Positions 7,760 to 17,619 of a stretch of DNA of 64,000 bases are shown here, one piece after another (the stretch's first letter is position 1; each line of letters begins with the position of its first letter). The stretch spans positions 27,454 to 91,453 of the IMG/VR virus record IMGVR_UViG_3300002220_000062; one strand, written 5' to 3'. The notes under the pieces were generated by a model. That model was not told the DNA's origin, did not search any database, and saw nothing but the letters and a program-made list of their open reading frames with translations. Origin of the DNA: a virus (lineage: Duplodnaviria; Caudoviricetes). A program made the position numbers and the translations under genes.

Positions 7760-8061
7760 AAATAAATCAAGAAACATTTGACTTAGCAGTTGAAAAAGGA
7801 TTTCCATTATATAAATCTATATTTCATAGATTATTTAATATAGTAGAAATACCACATCAACTAAAAGTTCATAAATGGTTAATAAATGAATATGATATTC
7901 ATGTAATGAAACAACAATTCCAAAGTTATAGATACAATAAAATTTCATATAGAGCTTTTGTTGTTACAGTTCCTGATGGAAAAGTTATTAAATCTAAAAA
8001 AACAGGTTCATTTCAAGAAGCTTTTGAAGATGGACTACAGTTAGCACTAAATCTAATATAA
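7747..8061 (+). CDS. Hypothetical phage protein, paralog of 7343-7759
   Basis: Shares LAxEKGF, KWL...IH and GL..AL.LI motifs with the previous gene. Confidence 0.75.
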   Translation: MQKVKINQETFDLAVEKGFPLYKSIFHRLFNIVEIPHQLKVHKWLINEYDIHVMKQQFQSYRYNKISYRAFVVTVPDGKVIKSKKTGSFQEAFEDGLQLALNLI

Positions 8062-8071
8062 AAATAAAAAT

Positions 8072-8467
8072 ATGTTAATAGCGGTATACGGTTCTTTAAG
8101 AAAAGACCTAACAAATTACAATGCTTATCTAAGGGATTCAAAGTATGTAGGTACATATGATACCAAACCCATCTACACATTAAAGAGTTTAGGATATTTT
8201 CCAGGACTTTTAAAAAATGGTACTACATCTATAGTAATGGAAGTATTTAGAGTAGATGATGAAACTATGAGTTCAATTGATAGATTAGAAGGTTATCAAT
8301 TAAATGGTGGTAGTAATCATTATGAAAAAGAAACTATCAAAACACCATTTGGTGATGCATTTATATATTTTTATGCAAAACCAGATAACATAAAAGAAGC
8401 ACCAACAGTATTATCAGGAGATTGGAAAGAGTATTTAAAAAATAAAAAAATGTATCATAATGCTTAG
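8072..8467 (+). CDS. Gamma-glutamylcyclotransferase (AIG2/GGCT-like)
   Basis: AVYGSLRK and IDRLEGY motifs. Confidence 0.88.
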   Translation: MLIAVYGSLRKDLTNYNAYLRDSKYVGTYDTKPIYTLKSLGYFPGLLKNGTTSIVMEVFRVDDETMSSIDRLEGYQLNGGSNHYEKETIKTPFGDAFIYFYAKPDNIKEAPTVLSGDWKEYLKNKKMYHNA

Positions 8468-9296
8468 AAATTTTAGACCTAGTATCAGAAGTAGACATCC
8501 ATCTCATGCACCACTTAGAGAAAGAGGTGCTTTTCCATTATTTCCATTCAGGTCTGTTATTAGATTTGGCTCAACAACAGAGTTACCAGATTCTGTAACT
8601 ATGGGAGGAAATAGAATTGAAATTAACACAGTAGAATCTGTTAAAAATTCATCTAGTAAATTACGGATGAAAAACTGTTTTGACAATGAACAAGTTAAAA
8701 CAGCAGATTGGTGTTTAGCAGGAGAAGATAATAGTCCTCAATCTGTATTAGATAGAGTAGCTAATTTTGGATATCCTGTTATTTCTAAAAGTTTTTTTGG
8801 AAGTAGAAACCAAGGTAATAAGAAACATGATACTGCTGAGGAATTGGCAGCTTGGTTAGTAGGAAAAGACTTAAGAAACTATTTATTTGAAAAGTATTAT
8901 AACTATTCTAGAGAATATAGATTACATATATCAAGAAATGGATGTTTCTATACTTGTAGAAAGATGTTAAAAGAAGGTACAAATGAAGAAGACAAATGGT
9001 ATCGTAATGATGCACATTGTGTTTGGATTTTGGAAGAAAATGATTTATTTGATAAACCATCGAATTGGGATGCAGTTGTTGCAGAATCTGTTAAAGCATT
9101 ACAATCCGTAGGATTGGATGTTGGAGCAGTAGATTTAAGAATACAATCAGCTACAAACAAAAATGGTACTGTAAGAGAAAATCCAGATTTTATAATTGTG
9201 GAAATTAACTCAGCACCATCTTTTGGTGATGTAACATTAGGTAAATATAAAATAGAATTAACAAACTTATTAACACAAAAAAATGTCAGAAACTAA
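8460..9296 (+). CDS. ATP-grasp ligase (RimK/YheCD-like)
   Basis: GYPVISK, GSRNQG, REYRLH, GLDVGAVD, IVEINSAPS. Confidence 0.85.
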   Translation: MLRNFRPSIRSRHPSHAPLRERGAFPLFPFRSVIRFGSTTELPDSVTMGGNRIEINTVESVKNSSSKLRMKNCFDNEQVKTADWCLAGEDNSPQSVLDRVANFGYPVISKSFFGSRNQGNKKHDTAEELAAWLVGKDLRNYLFEKYYNYSREYRLHISRNGCFYTCRKMLKEGTNEEDKWYRNDAHCVWILEENDLFDKPSNWDAVVAESVKALQSVGLDVGAVDLRIQSATNKNGTVRENPDFIIVEINSAPSFGDVTLGKYKIELTNLLTQKNVRN

Positions 9297-9972
9297 AAAA
9301 CAAAAAGTAATTATTGGTGTAGAAAGTAAACTATCACCAGATGAATTGGCTTTCTTCTCATTAAGATTTGATGTAGAACAAATAGAATTTGAATCATTAT
9401 TGAAAAAACGCCCATCAAAAGGTGTAGATTTTCTATATTTTTCAGGTGGAGCAGATGTAAATCCAGCTCTTTATGGTCAAAAAAAAGGTAAATTTACTTT
9501 TATAGATGAAAAAAGAGATGAAATTTGTCAAAATATAGTAAATGGTTATCCAGGTACACCAAAATTGGGGATTTGTAGAGGTGCTCAATTTTTAACAGTT
9601 ATGGCTGGTGGTAGATTAATTCAACATATTGAAGGTCATACATCTTCACATAAAATTGATGTACATTTTGAAGGTAATTCAAAGCCATCTACATATGATA
9701 TAACATCGACACATCATCAAATGATGTATCCATTTAATATTGGTGCAGATAGATATTCACTAATTGGTTGGGCAACTATGTTTAGAAGTATGGTTTATTT
9801 AGATGGTAATGATAATCAAATTAGCGTACCTGAAAAATTTGTAGAACCAGAAATTATTTATTACAGACAAACTCGTTCTTTAGCAATACAAGGACACCCA
9901 GAGTATAGTAATTGTAATAACAATACAAAAGACCTTTGTTTAGATTTAATCGAAACATATTTATTACGTTAA
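9283..9972 (+). CDS. Class I glutamine amidotransferase (peptidase C26-like)
   Basis: FSGGADVNP, LGICRGAQ (catalytic Cys), STHHQ, QGHPE (His-Glu). Confidence 0.9.
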   Translation: MSETKKQKVIIGVESKLSPDELAFFSLRFDVEQIEFESLLKKRPSKGVDFLYFSGGADVNPALYGQKKGKFTFIDEKRDEICQNIVNGYPGTPKLGICRGAQFLTVMAGGRLIQHIEGHTSSHKIDVHFEGNSKPSTYDITSTHHQMMYPFNIGADRYSLIGWATMFRSMVYLDGNDNQISVPEKFVEPEIIYYRQTRSLAIQGHPEYSNCNNNTKDLCLDLIETYLLR

Positions 9973-10002
9973 AAAAAATATTAAAATAAAAATAACAAAA
10001 AG

Positions 10003-10812
10003 ATGATTAAAAATGTAACATTGGGTGCAGACCCTGAATTATTTTTAGAAAAAGACGGAGAAGTCGTTTCCGCAGAAGGATTAATTGGAGGGACTAAAGA
10101 AGAACCAAAAGCAATTAGTGAAGAAGGACATTGTATTCAAGAAGACAATGTAATGATTGAATTTAATATTCCAGCCTCTAAAACAGCAGTTGAATTTAGA
10201 GACAATATTAACTTTGTTAAGGATTATTTATCAGCATTAGCAACAATACAGGGAGGAAAATTAAATTTCTCTGCTTCTGCTGAACTTGATACTAAGTATC
10301 TTCAAACAGACCAAGCTAAATTGTTTGGTTGTGACCCTGATTATAGTGTACATTTAAAACGTCAAAATACTCCACCAGAATCAACAGGTTCTTTAAGAAC
10401 TTGTGGAGGTCATATTCATGTTGGCTATGATAATCCTTCTCAAGAAGTAAGTGAGAAAATTATCTATGCTATGGATTTTGTATTAGGGCTTGAGTCAATT
10501 AATTTAGACCCAGATGATAGAAGAAGAGAAATGTATGGTAATGCTGGATGCTTTAGATTTAAAGAATATGGTGTTGAATACAGAACTTTATCTAATTTTT
10601 GGATTACAACAAATGAATTAATGGAATGGGCATTTAATAGTACATTAAAAGCAATTGAATTAGTTAATTCAGGTGTAATTGATTTATTGATTAAAGATTA
10701 TGCAAAAGCAGTTAAAATTGTTATTGATAACAATGATAAAGAAGCTGCAAAATTATTACTAAAAGTAGTAAATAAAATAATAGAAAAAAAATTAGTAACA
10801 ATAGAAAAATAA
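10003..10812 (+). CDS. phiEco32-like COOH-NH2 ligase type 2
   Basis: LGADPELFL, QEDNVMIEFN, FGCDPD, RTCGGHIHVG, RREMYG, YGVEYRTLSNFW. Confidence 0.9.
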   Translation: MIKNVTLGADPELFLEKDGEVVSAEGLIGGTKEEPKAISEEGHCIQEDNVMIEFNIPASKTAVEFRDNINFVKDYLSALATIQGGKLNFSASAELDTKYLQTDQAKLFGCDPDYSVHLKRQNTPPESTGSLRTCGGHIHVGYDNPSQEVSEKIIYAMDFVLGLESINLDPDDRRREMYGNAGCFRFKEYGVEYRTLSNFWITTNELMEWAFNSTLKAIELVNSGVIDLLIKDYAKAVKIVIDNNDKEAAKLLLKVVNKIIEKKLVTIEK

Positions 10813-10818
10813 AAAAAG

Positions 10819-12705
10819 ATGTGTGGAATCTTCGCGTGGGCTGGAAAAGACCCAAGAAAATTTAATAAAACTAAGTTAGATATATTAGGTATATACAATG
10901 AAGTTAGAGGAGGTCATTCTTGTGGCATAGCAAAAGATGGTGAAATATCAATAGGTATAGATAAAAATAAAGCTTATAAAGACTTTTTAGCTACTACTGG
11001 ATATGATGCACCAAAAAAATATCCAGTTGTAATTGGCCATACAAGACAAAGCACCTATGGGGCTCATACCGTAGCTAACGCCCATCCTTTTGGATTTGGT
11101 ATTGTTGGTGAAGGATATGAGTTCATGGGATGTCATAATGGTACATTACTTAATCATCATGATTTAGCTATAGAATTTGGTATTGATACTAATGAATCTG
11201 TTAGTGGAAGTGTTCCAGGAGTTAAAGTTACAAGGTCTAAAATTGATAGTGAAATATTATTAGAAATAATATATAAAACTAAAAAATATAAAGTCCTTAG
11301 TGCTTATAATGGAGCAGCAGCACTAGTTTGGACTGATGTTAATAAACCTAATGTAATTTATTGTTATCATGGTAAATCTAGAAAAAGAGATTTTGTAAAT
11401 CTTGAGCAAGAAGAAGAAAGACCATTATATTACTGGCAAGAAACCAAAAATAGTTTATTTGTATCATCAATGGAAAGTAGTTTATCTGCTATTGGTGGTA
11501 ATGAAGATACTATTAAGGAGTTTGAATTTAATACTGTTTATGAAATAACAGATGGTAATATTGATACTGCCAAGAAAATTAAAATTACAAGATTAAATAG
11601 ATTTCAAACAGGTGTCGAAAACACAAAAAAGGATTATTGCAGAAACCTAAATCAAGAGTCTTCTGCAAATCACGCAAGGCAAGACATAGAAGATGAATGG
11701 GGTATGCGCTCTTGGGAACCTACTAGAAATCGTACTATTCTAGAAAAAGAGGTTGAAAAAGCACATAATAAATCTACAGAATTTAGTGGAAAAGAAGCCT
11801 TAGATTTAAAAGATGCAATTAACAATAATATTTATACAGAAAATACTTTACGAAATTCTAATTCTTATGGTAAACAAGTTTATTTTAATAAACTTAGATA
11901 CTGGAGAACTGGACATAGAATAAATGGTGTATTTTGTTATATTGCAAATTTTGGTTTTTACTTCTTAGGATACAGTGTAAAAGAATCAGAAACTAGATTC
12001 TGGGATATTGTAAATAAACCATTTGTAAATGATGATTTTACAACACCAGATAAAATTCCAGCAATGGATTTAGATTCTGTTACTTACCCATTTGAACATA
12101 CTGCTAAAAATGAAATAACTAATCCACCATTATTCTTTATGTATGATGGTATAAAAGTTAAAACTGCTGCAGATTATATAGCTTGTTCAACAATGGAATC
12201 AACTAAAGAGAAAGTATTTACTTTTGAACAGTTGTCTCATTGTTCTTCTCATCCTATTATGGATATAGAAGAAAAATACAAACCATATTCTAGGCAAGAA
12301 GTTATGTTTGAAGGAGTACCTGTTACTAATGTATTCTGCCCATTAGGTGCAGAAAGAATTTATACATTTGAGAATGGTAACTGTATAAACATGCAACCTA
12401 TAGTTACAGTAAGAAGATTAGAAGAAGAAAATTCAACAGTTAACCAAACTAAATTAGCTTTAGTTATTGATAATCTTGAAAAAATTGAAGAAGATTTATC
12501 TGCTCTTCCAGTTAATGTTAATTCTAATAATGATTTATTAGAAGATGATATTAATGATATGTTTAAAGAATCACTACGAAAATTTCCACAGTATATAAAA
12601 AAATTAGATACTTATGGAGCAGGTAGAGGATTTGAGGCTAGTAATATTTTAAAGGAATTTGTCAACAAAGCTACAACTTTAGTAGCAATAGAAGAAAAAG
12701 AGTAA
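10819..12705 (+). CDS. Class II (Ntn) glutamine amidotransferase with a long C-terminal extension
   Basis: MCGIF (Cys2 nucleophile), GHTRQST, NAHPF, HNGTL, DSE. Confidence 0.88.
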   Translation: MCGIFAWAGKDPRKFNKTKLDILGIYNEVRGGHSCGIAKDGEISIGIDKNKAYKDFLATTGYDAPKKYPVVIGHTRQSTYGAHTVANAHPFGFGIVGEGYEFMGCHNGTLLNHHDLAIEFGIDTNESVSGSVPGVKVTRSKIDSEILLEIIYKTKKYKVLSAYNGAAALVWTDVNKPNVIYCYHGKSRKRDFVNLEQEEERPLYYWQETKNSLFVSSMESSLSAIGGNEDTIKEFEFNTVYEITDGNIDTAKKIKITRLNRFQTGVENTKKDYCRNLNQESSANHARQDIEDEWGMRSWEPTRNRTILEKEVEKAHNKSTEFSGKEALDLKDAINNNIYTENTLRNSNSYGKQVYFNKLRYWRTGHRINGVFCYIANFGFYFLGYSVKESETRFWDIVNKPFVNDDFTTPDKIPAMDLDSVTYPFEHTAKNEITNPPLFFMYDGIKVKTAADYIACSTMESTKEKVFTFEQLSHCSSHPIMDIEEKYKPYSRQEVMFEGVPVTNVFCPLGAERIYTFENGNCINMQPIVTVRRLEEENSTVNQTKLALVIDNLEKIEEDLSALPVNVNSNNDLLEDDINDMFKESLRKFPQYIKKLDTYGAGRGFEASNILKEFVNKATTLVAIEEKE

Positions 12706-12707
12706 GT

Positions 12708-14483
12708 ATGGATAATTTAGTAAAAATAAATGAAATGGTGGTAACTATTGATGGTACCACTAAGCCTAAGCAAGATTGTCGCAGAATGGGTGGAGAATTC
12801 TACCTAAAAGGAGAAATCAATGTTGAAAACTCTGGACAATGCTATTATATCAATGGAAAGTATTATAAATATAATACTGGATATATAGTATTTGACCATA
12901 GAGTAGGTCAATACATAATTAAAAATACTGATAAACTTCAAGAAGGGGTAGTCCGAATTGAAGCAAATGGTAATTTAGTTATGGGTTTCTTTACACGTGA
13001 AGAGAATGGAGCTATAATTACAACACTAGAGGACCCAACTGGTAATACTTATGTATGTTTGAATAAAGAAATTCTAGAAAATACGCACTATATAGAAAAT
13101 TTATACACAGGTAGATATTCTCACAGATTATTTACAAGAGTAGAACATTTTTTAAATCCAGGCAATGTTTCTAGTACTTTAAAAAACACGCTACCTTACG
13201 ACTCTAGGGGAGCTATGGATGACTTAATGGCATACCATAAAAATCATCATAAACCAAAAATTAGTAAAGAGGTAAAACTCTATAGTCCAATATTAGGGGA
13301 CTTAACTTTTGGTGTAGAGTATGAGACTACAAAAGGACAAATTCCACCTACAAAATGTAAAGAATTAGGTCTTATTGCTTTGAAAGATGGAAGTATAGTA
13401 GGATTAGAATATGCTACTATTCCACTTCAAGGAGAGAAAGGGTTACAAACTTTGATTAATGGTATTGTAGAACTAAGAAAATATACTTCTTATGATAAGG
13501 ACTGCTCATTACATTTCCATATTGGTAATATACCAAGAACAGAAGAATTTTTCTTAGCTGTTTGGAAAGTGTTATGTACATTAGAAAATCCAATGTTTGG
13601 ATTATTCCCTCTTTATAAAAAATATAATTTTGGAGTTAAAAGAAAACATTACACAAAACCATTACCAATAGTTGAAACATTATTTCAAATGGATAAAGTT
13701 ATTACTAAAGATAATATTAAATCGAATTTTGGAATTCTTTATAATTATTTATCAATGGGACAACCTTATTCATCTGTTAAAAATGATTTAAACAATGTAA
13801 TGTCTCACCCATCTGACCCTCACGGGAATAGTAAGTGGAATATTAGAAGTAGATATCATTGGGTTAATTTAATACCATTGTTATTTGGTAATAAAGAAAC
13901 AATTGAATTTAGACTTCATACTCCAACTTATGATTTAGACAAGATAGTAAATTATCTTGTTTTATGTACATCAATTATAAATTTTGCTAAGAACAATACA
14001 AAAGCTATATTAACTCAACCTGAAATTCTTATGAATTTAAATTTGGGTGATGTAGTATATAAAATTAGTGGTCAAATGAATTCTGTAGAAATCAATAGAT
14101 TTGCTGATTATGTATATGCTTATATTGGTCATAGAAGAGATTATAACTATATGGAAAGTAGCCGTGGAGATTTAATTGGTAATGAAGATGGTTTCAGAGT
14201 TAAAAACAAAATACCTTGGGCTGTAGCAAATACTATGGAAGTTGTATTATCTAAAATTCCGTCAAATAGAAAAAGAGATTCTTTATCAGGATATGCTAAT
14301 CAATTTAATTGGAATGTAGCACAGATTAGAAATGCTGCAGAAGACCATGTAAGAAATGTTGAAGCAAGAAGAGGCGGTGGTATACAATTCTTTGGAAATG
14401 GAGAACCCCAAGTAGTTCCTCAAGCTGTTCAAGATATTGACCCATTTGATTTAATAGTAGAAAACGATGGTCAAGAACATTAG
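12708..14483 (+). CDS. Putative amidoligase (glutamate-cysteine ligase-like fold)
   Basis: FGVEYET, DGSI.GLEYAT, CSLHFHIG, SRYHWVNL, TIEFRLH. Confidence 0.85.
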   Translation: MDNLVKINEMVVTIDGTTKPKQDCRRMGGEFYLKGEINVENSGQCYYINGKYYKYNTGYIVFDHRVGQYIIKNTDKLQEGVVRIEANGNLVMGFFTREENGAIITTLEDPTGNTYVCLNKEILENTHYIENLYTGRYSHRLFTRVEHFLNPGNVSSTLKNTLPYDSRGAMDDLMAYHKNHHKPKISKEVKLYSPILGDLTFGVEYETTKGQIPPTKCKELGLIALKDGSIVGLEYATIPLQGEKGLQTLINGIVELRKYTSYDKDCSLHFHIGNIPRTEEFFLAVWKVLCTLENPMFGLFPLYKKYNFGVKRKHYTKPLPIVETLFQMDKVITKDNIKSNFGILYNYLSMGQPYSSVKNDLNNVMSHPSDPHGNSKWNIRSRYHWVNLIPLLFGNKETIEFRLHTPTYDLDKIVNYLVLCTSIINFAKNNTKAILTQPEILMNLNLGDVVYKISGQMNSVEINRFADYVYAYIGHRRDYNYMESSRGDLIGNEDGFRVKNKIPWAVANTMEVVLSKIPSNRKRDSLSGYANQFNWNVAQIRNAAEDHVRNVEARRGGGIQFFGNGEPQVVPQAVQDIDPFDLIVENDGQEH

Positions 14484-15183
14484 TCAAGGAGATTACGTAT
14501 TAGACATAGATTATGAATCATTATTAGGAAAGGATTGGGCAGACGTTCTTAGAGAAAATCTGATTAATACTGAATATATGAAAAATTTAATGATTTTTCT
14601 AAATGAGTCATATAAAAAGGGGGGTATTTACCCCTCTAAGTCTAATGTGTTTAAAGCTCTTGAATCTGTAGATTTTGCAGATGTACGAGTAGTAATGATT
14701 GGTAGGGAACCCTACAATGATGGTAATGCAACTGGTATTCCTTTAGCTAATTATGATAAGTATGGGAAGAGATTCTCAGACGAGTTACTTAAATACTTTA
14801 AAGGAATAGAAACATCCATATATGATGGGATTAAATTATATCAAAACCCAGAATTAGATGAATTATCACCACAAGGTGTATTATTTTTAGATGCAGCATT
14901 AACATCAACAGGGACTAAATTAGAACATTTAGTATACTGGAGAAATTTCATAAGACAGGTAATAATAAGTATCCAGGAATGGATACCAGATGTAGTATTT
15001 GTATTTATGGGAGAAGAAGCAAAATATTTTGCTCAATATGTAGAGAATCCAAATTATAAATTATTTTGTGAGCATCCTTATGAATCTGTACAATTAAAAA
15101 AACCTTGGGATGGTGAAGTTCTTAATGAAGTAAACATTGTCTTAAAAACTATGAATAATGATGACAATCCTATAGTTTGGTAA
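14467..15183 (+). CDS. ung: Uracil-DNA glycosylase family 1-like protein with divergent active site
   Basis: IYPSKSNVFKAL, VRVVMIGREPY (canonical GQDPY), QGVLFLDAALT (canonical QGVLLLN..LT), VFVFMG.EA, EHP. Confidence 0.8.
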   Translation: MVKNISQGDYVLDIDYESLLGKDWADVLRENLINTEYMKNLMIFLNESYKKGGIYPSKSNVFKALESVDFADVRVVMIGREPYNDGNATGIPLANYDKYGKRFSDELLKYFKGIETSIYDGIKLYQNPELDELSPQGVLFLDAALTSTGTKLEHLVYWRNFIRQVIISIQEWIPDVVFVFMGEEAKYFAQYVENPNYKLFCEHPYESVQLKKPWDGEVLNEVNIVLKTMNNDDNPIVW

Positions 15184-15205
15184 GTATTAATTTAAACAGA
15201 AAAAG

Positions 15206-15256
15206 ATGATGATGTGGATTCCAGGTAATAATATTAGTAAAAAAATTCTGAAATAA
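15206..15256 (+). pseudogene. Orphaned 5' remnant of the resolvase gene
   Basis: Reads MMMWIPGNNISKKILK*, resembling the start MIFIKGNVPSLKNSK of 15861-16328. Confidence 0.5.
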
Positions 15257-15288
15257 TTAGGAATTGTGAATTTAATTTTGTATATTTG
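15257..15288 (+). promoter_or_regulatory. Bacteroidota-type promoter upstream of the HNH gene
   Basis: TTAGGAA-N17-TATATTTG (TAnnTTTG -7 element). Confidence 0.75.
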
Positions 15289-15306
15289 TATAAAAATATA
15301 AATATA

Positions 15307-15864
15307 ATGGAATTAATTAAAAAAGGACTAACTTTAGATGAAAAAAATCAAATCAAGAAAATAGATTATGAAAGAATTTGTAAAAAATGTGGAATAAAAC
15401 AATCATTAATAAAATTTTCTTGTAAAAAAGAAAAAAATGGATTATATTATTTTAATTATACATGTAACAAATGTGAATATAAACGAAAGTTAAAAATGCA
15501 TAATGGAAGTATAATTTCATACAATGCAACCCAGACTTATAAAGAAAATTTTACTATAGAAGGAAGAGCATCTATGTTAAGAAATAGATGTAAACAAAGA
15601 GCTAAAAAATATAATTATGATTTTTCTTTAACCAAAGAATATATAATTTCACTTTTAGAAAATGGGGTATGTGAAAAAACTAATATTAAATTAATAATAG
15701 ATGATTCTACTTACCATCCATATGCTCCTTCTATAGATAGAATTGATAATAATAAAGGTTATACTAATGATAATATTCAAGTTACTTGTATGATATACAA
15801 TTTCTGTAAAAATAAATTTTCCGAAGAACAGGTAAATGAATTTTTTAAAGATATGAGATTATGA
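15307..15864 (+). CDS. Free-standing HNH-like homing endonuclease
   Basis: CKKC...CNKC Zn finger; PSIDRIDNNKGYTNDNIQVTCMIYNFCK; ATG 15307 preferred because TTG 15286 lies in the promoter. Confidence 0.85.
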   Translation: MELIKKGLTLDEKNQIKKIDYERICKKCGIKQSLIKFSCKKEKNGLYYFNYTCNKCEYKRKLKMHNGSIISYNATQTYKENFTIEGRASMLRNRCKQRAKKYNYDFSLTKEYIISLLENGVCEKTNIKLIIDDSTYHPYAPSIDRIDNNKGYTNDNIQVTCMIYNFCKNKFSEEQVNEFFKDMRL

Positions 15865-16328
15865 TTTTTATAAAGGGCAATGTCCCGAGTTTAAAAAATA
15901 GTAAAGTAAAGACATCAAGAGGTATATTCAGCTCTCCTACTGTAAACAATTACATTAGGAAGCTGGGTATACAGTCTTTCAATTCTAGAAAGAAAATAGT
16001 ACAAGGTTATGTTGATATAGCAAAACCAAATCAAATTGAAGCATTACGGGCCCAATTTGAAGAAATGAGTATTGGTAAAGAAAATCCTTTATTTATAGGA
16101 TACCATCAGGTGAGAAATAGTAAAAGATTATTTGATTTTAGCAATAGTGTTGAAGTTATACAAGATTTATTTACAGCTCACAATTTTATAGAAGATGATA
16201 ACGTACAATACGTTTTTCCTATTCCTATGAGTATTGATGGAGAATTACCTACTACAAAAAATATAAGAACAACAAAATGGTATTCCATAGATAAAGATAA
16301 TCCAGGAGTATACATTAAAATCTTTTAA
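15861..16328 (+). CDS. RusA-like Holliday junction resolvase
   Basis: GNVPSLKNSK and RLFDFSN...IQDL...IEDDN acidic motif pattern. Confidence 0.7.
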   Translation: MIFIKGNVPSLKNSKVKTSRGIFSSPTVNNYIRKLGIQSFNSRKKIVQGYVDIAKPNQIEALRAQFEEMSIGKENPLFIGYHQVRNSKRLFDFSNSVEVIQDLFTAHNFIEDDNVQYVFPIPMSIDGELPTTKNIRTTKWYSIDKDNPGVYIKIF

Positions 16329-16330
16329 AT

Positions 16331-16591
16331 ATGAACAAAGAATTGAAATTACAGATTATAAATCTAGCAAAATTTATATTTGAGGACAAAGAATATGTAA
16401 AATTCATAACCTACTTACAAACAAATAGACTTAATGATTTAAGATTACTTGTAGATGAGAAGGTAGAATTATTAAGTATTCTTAATGATTTTAGAGAAAC
16501 TGATGAAGTTATTCTAAAACAAATAAAATATTGTGATGAACTAGAAAATTTGGTAATGGATGTTTTCATAGAAGAAATGAAAGTAAATTAA
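16331..16591 (+). CDS. Hypothetical protein
   Basis: 86-aa ORF tightly packed in the operon. Confidence 0.7.
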   Translation: MNKELKLQIINLAKFIFEDKEYVKFITYLQTNRLNDLRLLVDEKVELLSILNDFRETDEVILKQIKYCDELENLVMDVFIEEMKVN

Positions 16592-16598
16592 ACAAATT

Positions 16599-17612
16599 AT
16601 GAATGATGATGAAGAATTGAACGAGCTATATGGCTCAAATGATGAGATTGATATTTATTTAAGTTATAGTAGAGTATCTGATTTTAGTAAAAATGGTCCT
16701 AAAGCCTTAATTGAACGCCAGAGATTGGAAGGAGAAGGTATAAATGTAGGGTCTATTACAGACGATTGGTTATTTAACAGAGAAAATTTTGATGATATTT
16801 ATTTTGTATTTAATGGTGAAAAACCTACTGCAACTTTAGGAAAGCTTGTTAATATAATTTTAAAAAATTATACTAAATTACCTTCTAAGGAAGTAGTATT
16901 AAATATAATTGAAAGAAACAATTTTTGGAAAAGAAGTAAGGAAGAAACATTACTAGCAAATTTTGATACACCTGAATTTTGGAGCTACTTAGCTGCTCAA
17001 TTTCAAGGCTCAACAAAAACACTAGTAACAACTTCTGAATTAGAGCTAGGAAAAGAACTAGCAGAAATACTTACTACCCACGAATATTCTAAAGATATAT
17101 TTAGTGATAGATATGAAAGAATTAATCAATATAAATTTAATTTAACTTATAAAAATATTAAATTTAGAGGAGTAATCGACATGGTTCTAATTGACCATGA
17201 ATTTAAAACAATTAGATTGGTGGACCTAAAGACAGGAGCAGGCCCATCTTCAGAGTTTCTTACTAGTTTTTTACGCTATAGGTATTATTTTCAAGAGGCA
17301 ATATATATGAAAGCTATTGATATAATCAAAAAAGAGTTAAACATAGAAGAATATCAAGTGTTACCTTTTCAATTCCTATACATAGGAAGGGCAGAAAGGG
17401 TTCCAATTACTTTTGATGTGACACAGAAATGGCATGATGCTGCATTGAGCGGTTTTACATCTGATGGTGGATACCATTATAAAGGGTTAGATTCAACCCT
17501 AGATGACATTTTATGGCACTTCAAGAATAAAGAATTTACTTTTTCAAGGGATATAAGCGAAAATCATGGAAAAATAGATTTGAATGATAAATTTTTTAGT
17601 ATAATTAATTAA
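16599..17612 (+). CDS. PD-(D/E)XK exonuclease (RecB/Cas4-like)
   Basis: LSYSRVSDF, FRGVIDMV...VDLKTG, YYFQEAIY. Confidence 0.82.
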   Translation: MNDDEELNELYGSNDEIDIYLSYSRVSDFSKNGPKALIERQRLEGEGINVGSITDDWLFNRENFDDIYFVFNGEKPTATLGKLVNIILKNYTKLPSKEVVLNIIERNNFWKRSKEETLLANFDTPEFWSYLAAQFQGSTKTLVTTSELELGKELAEILTTHEYSKDIFSDRYERINQYKFNLTYKNIKFRGVIDMVLIDHEFKTIRLVDLKTGAGPSSEFLTSFLRYRYYFQEAIYMKAIDIIKKELNIEEYQVLPFQFLYIGRAERVPITFDVTQKWHDAALSGFTSDGGYHYKGLDSTLDDILWHFKNKEFTFSRDISENHGKIDLNDKFFSIIN

Positions 17613-17619
17613 TAATTTA

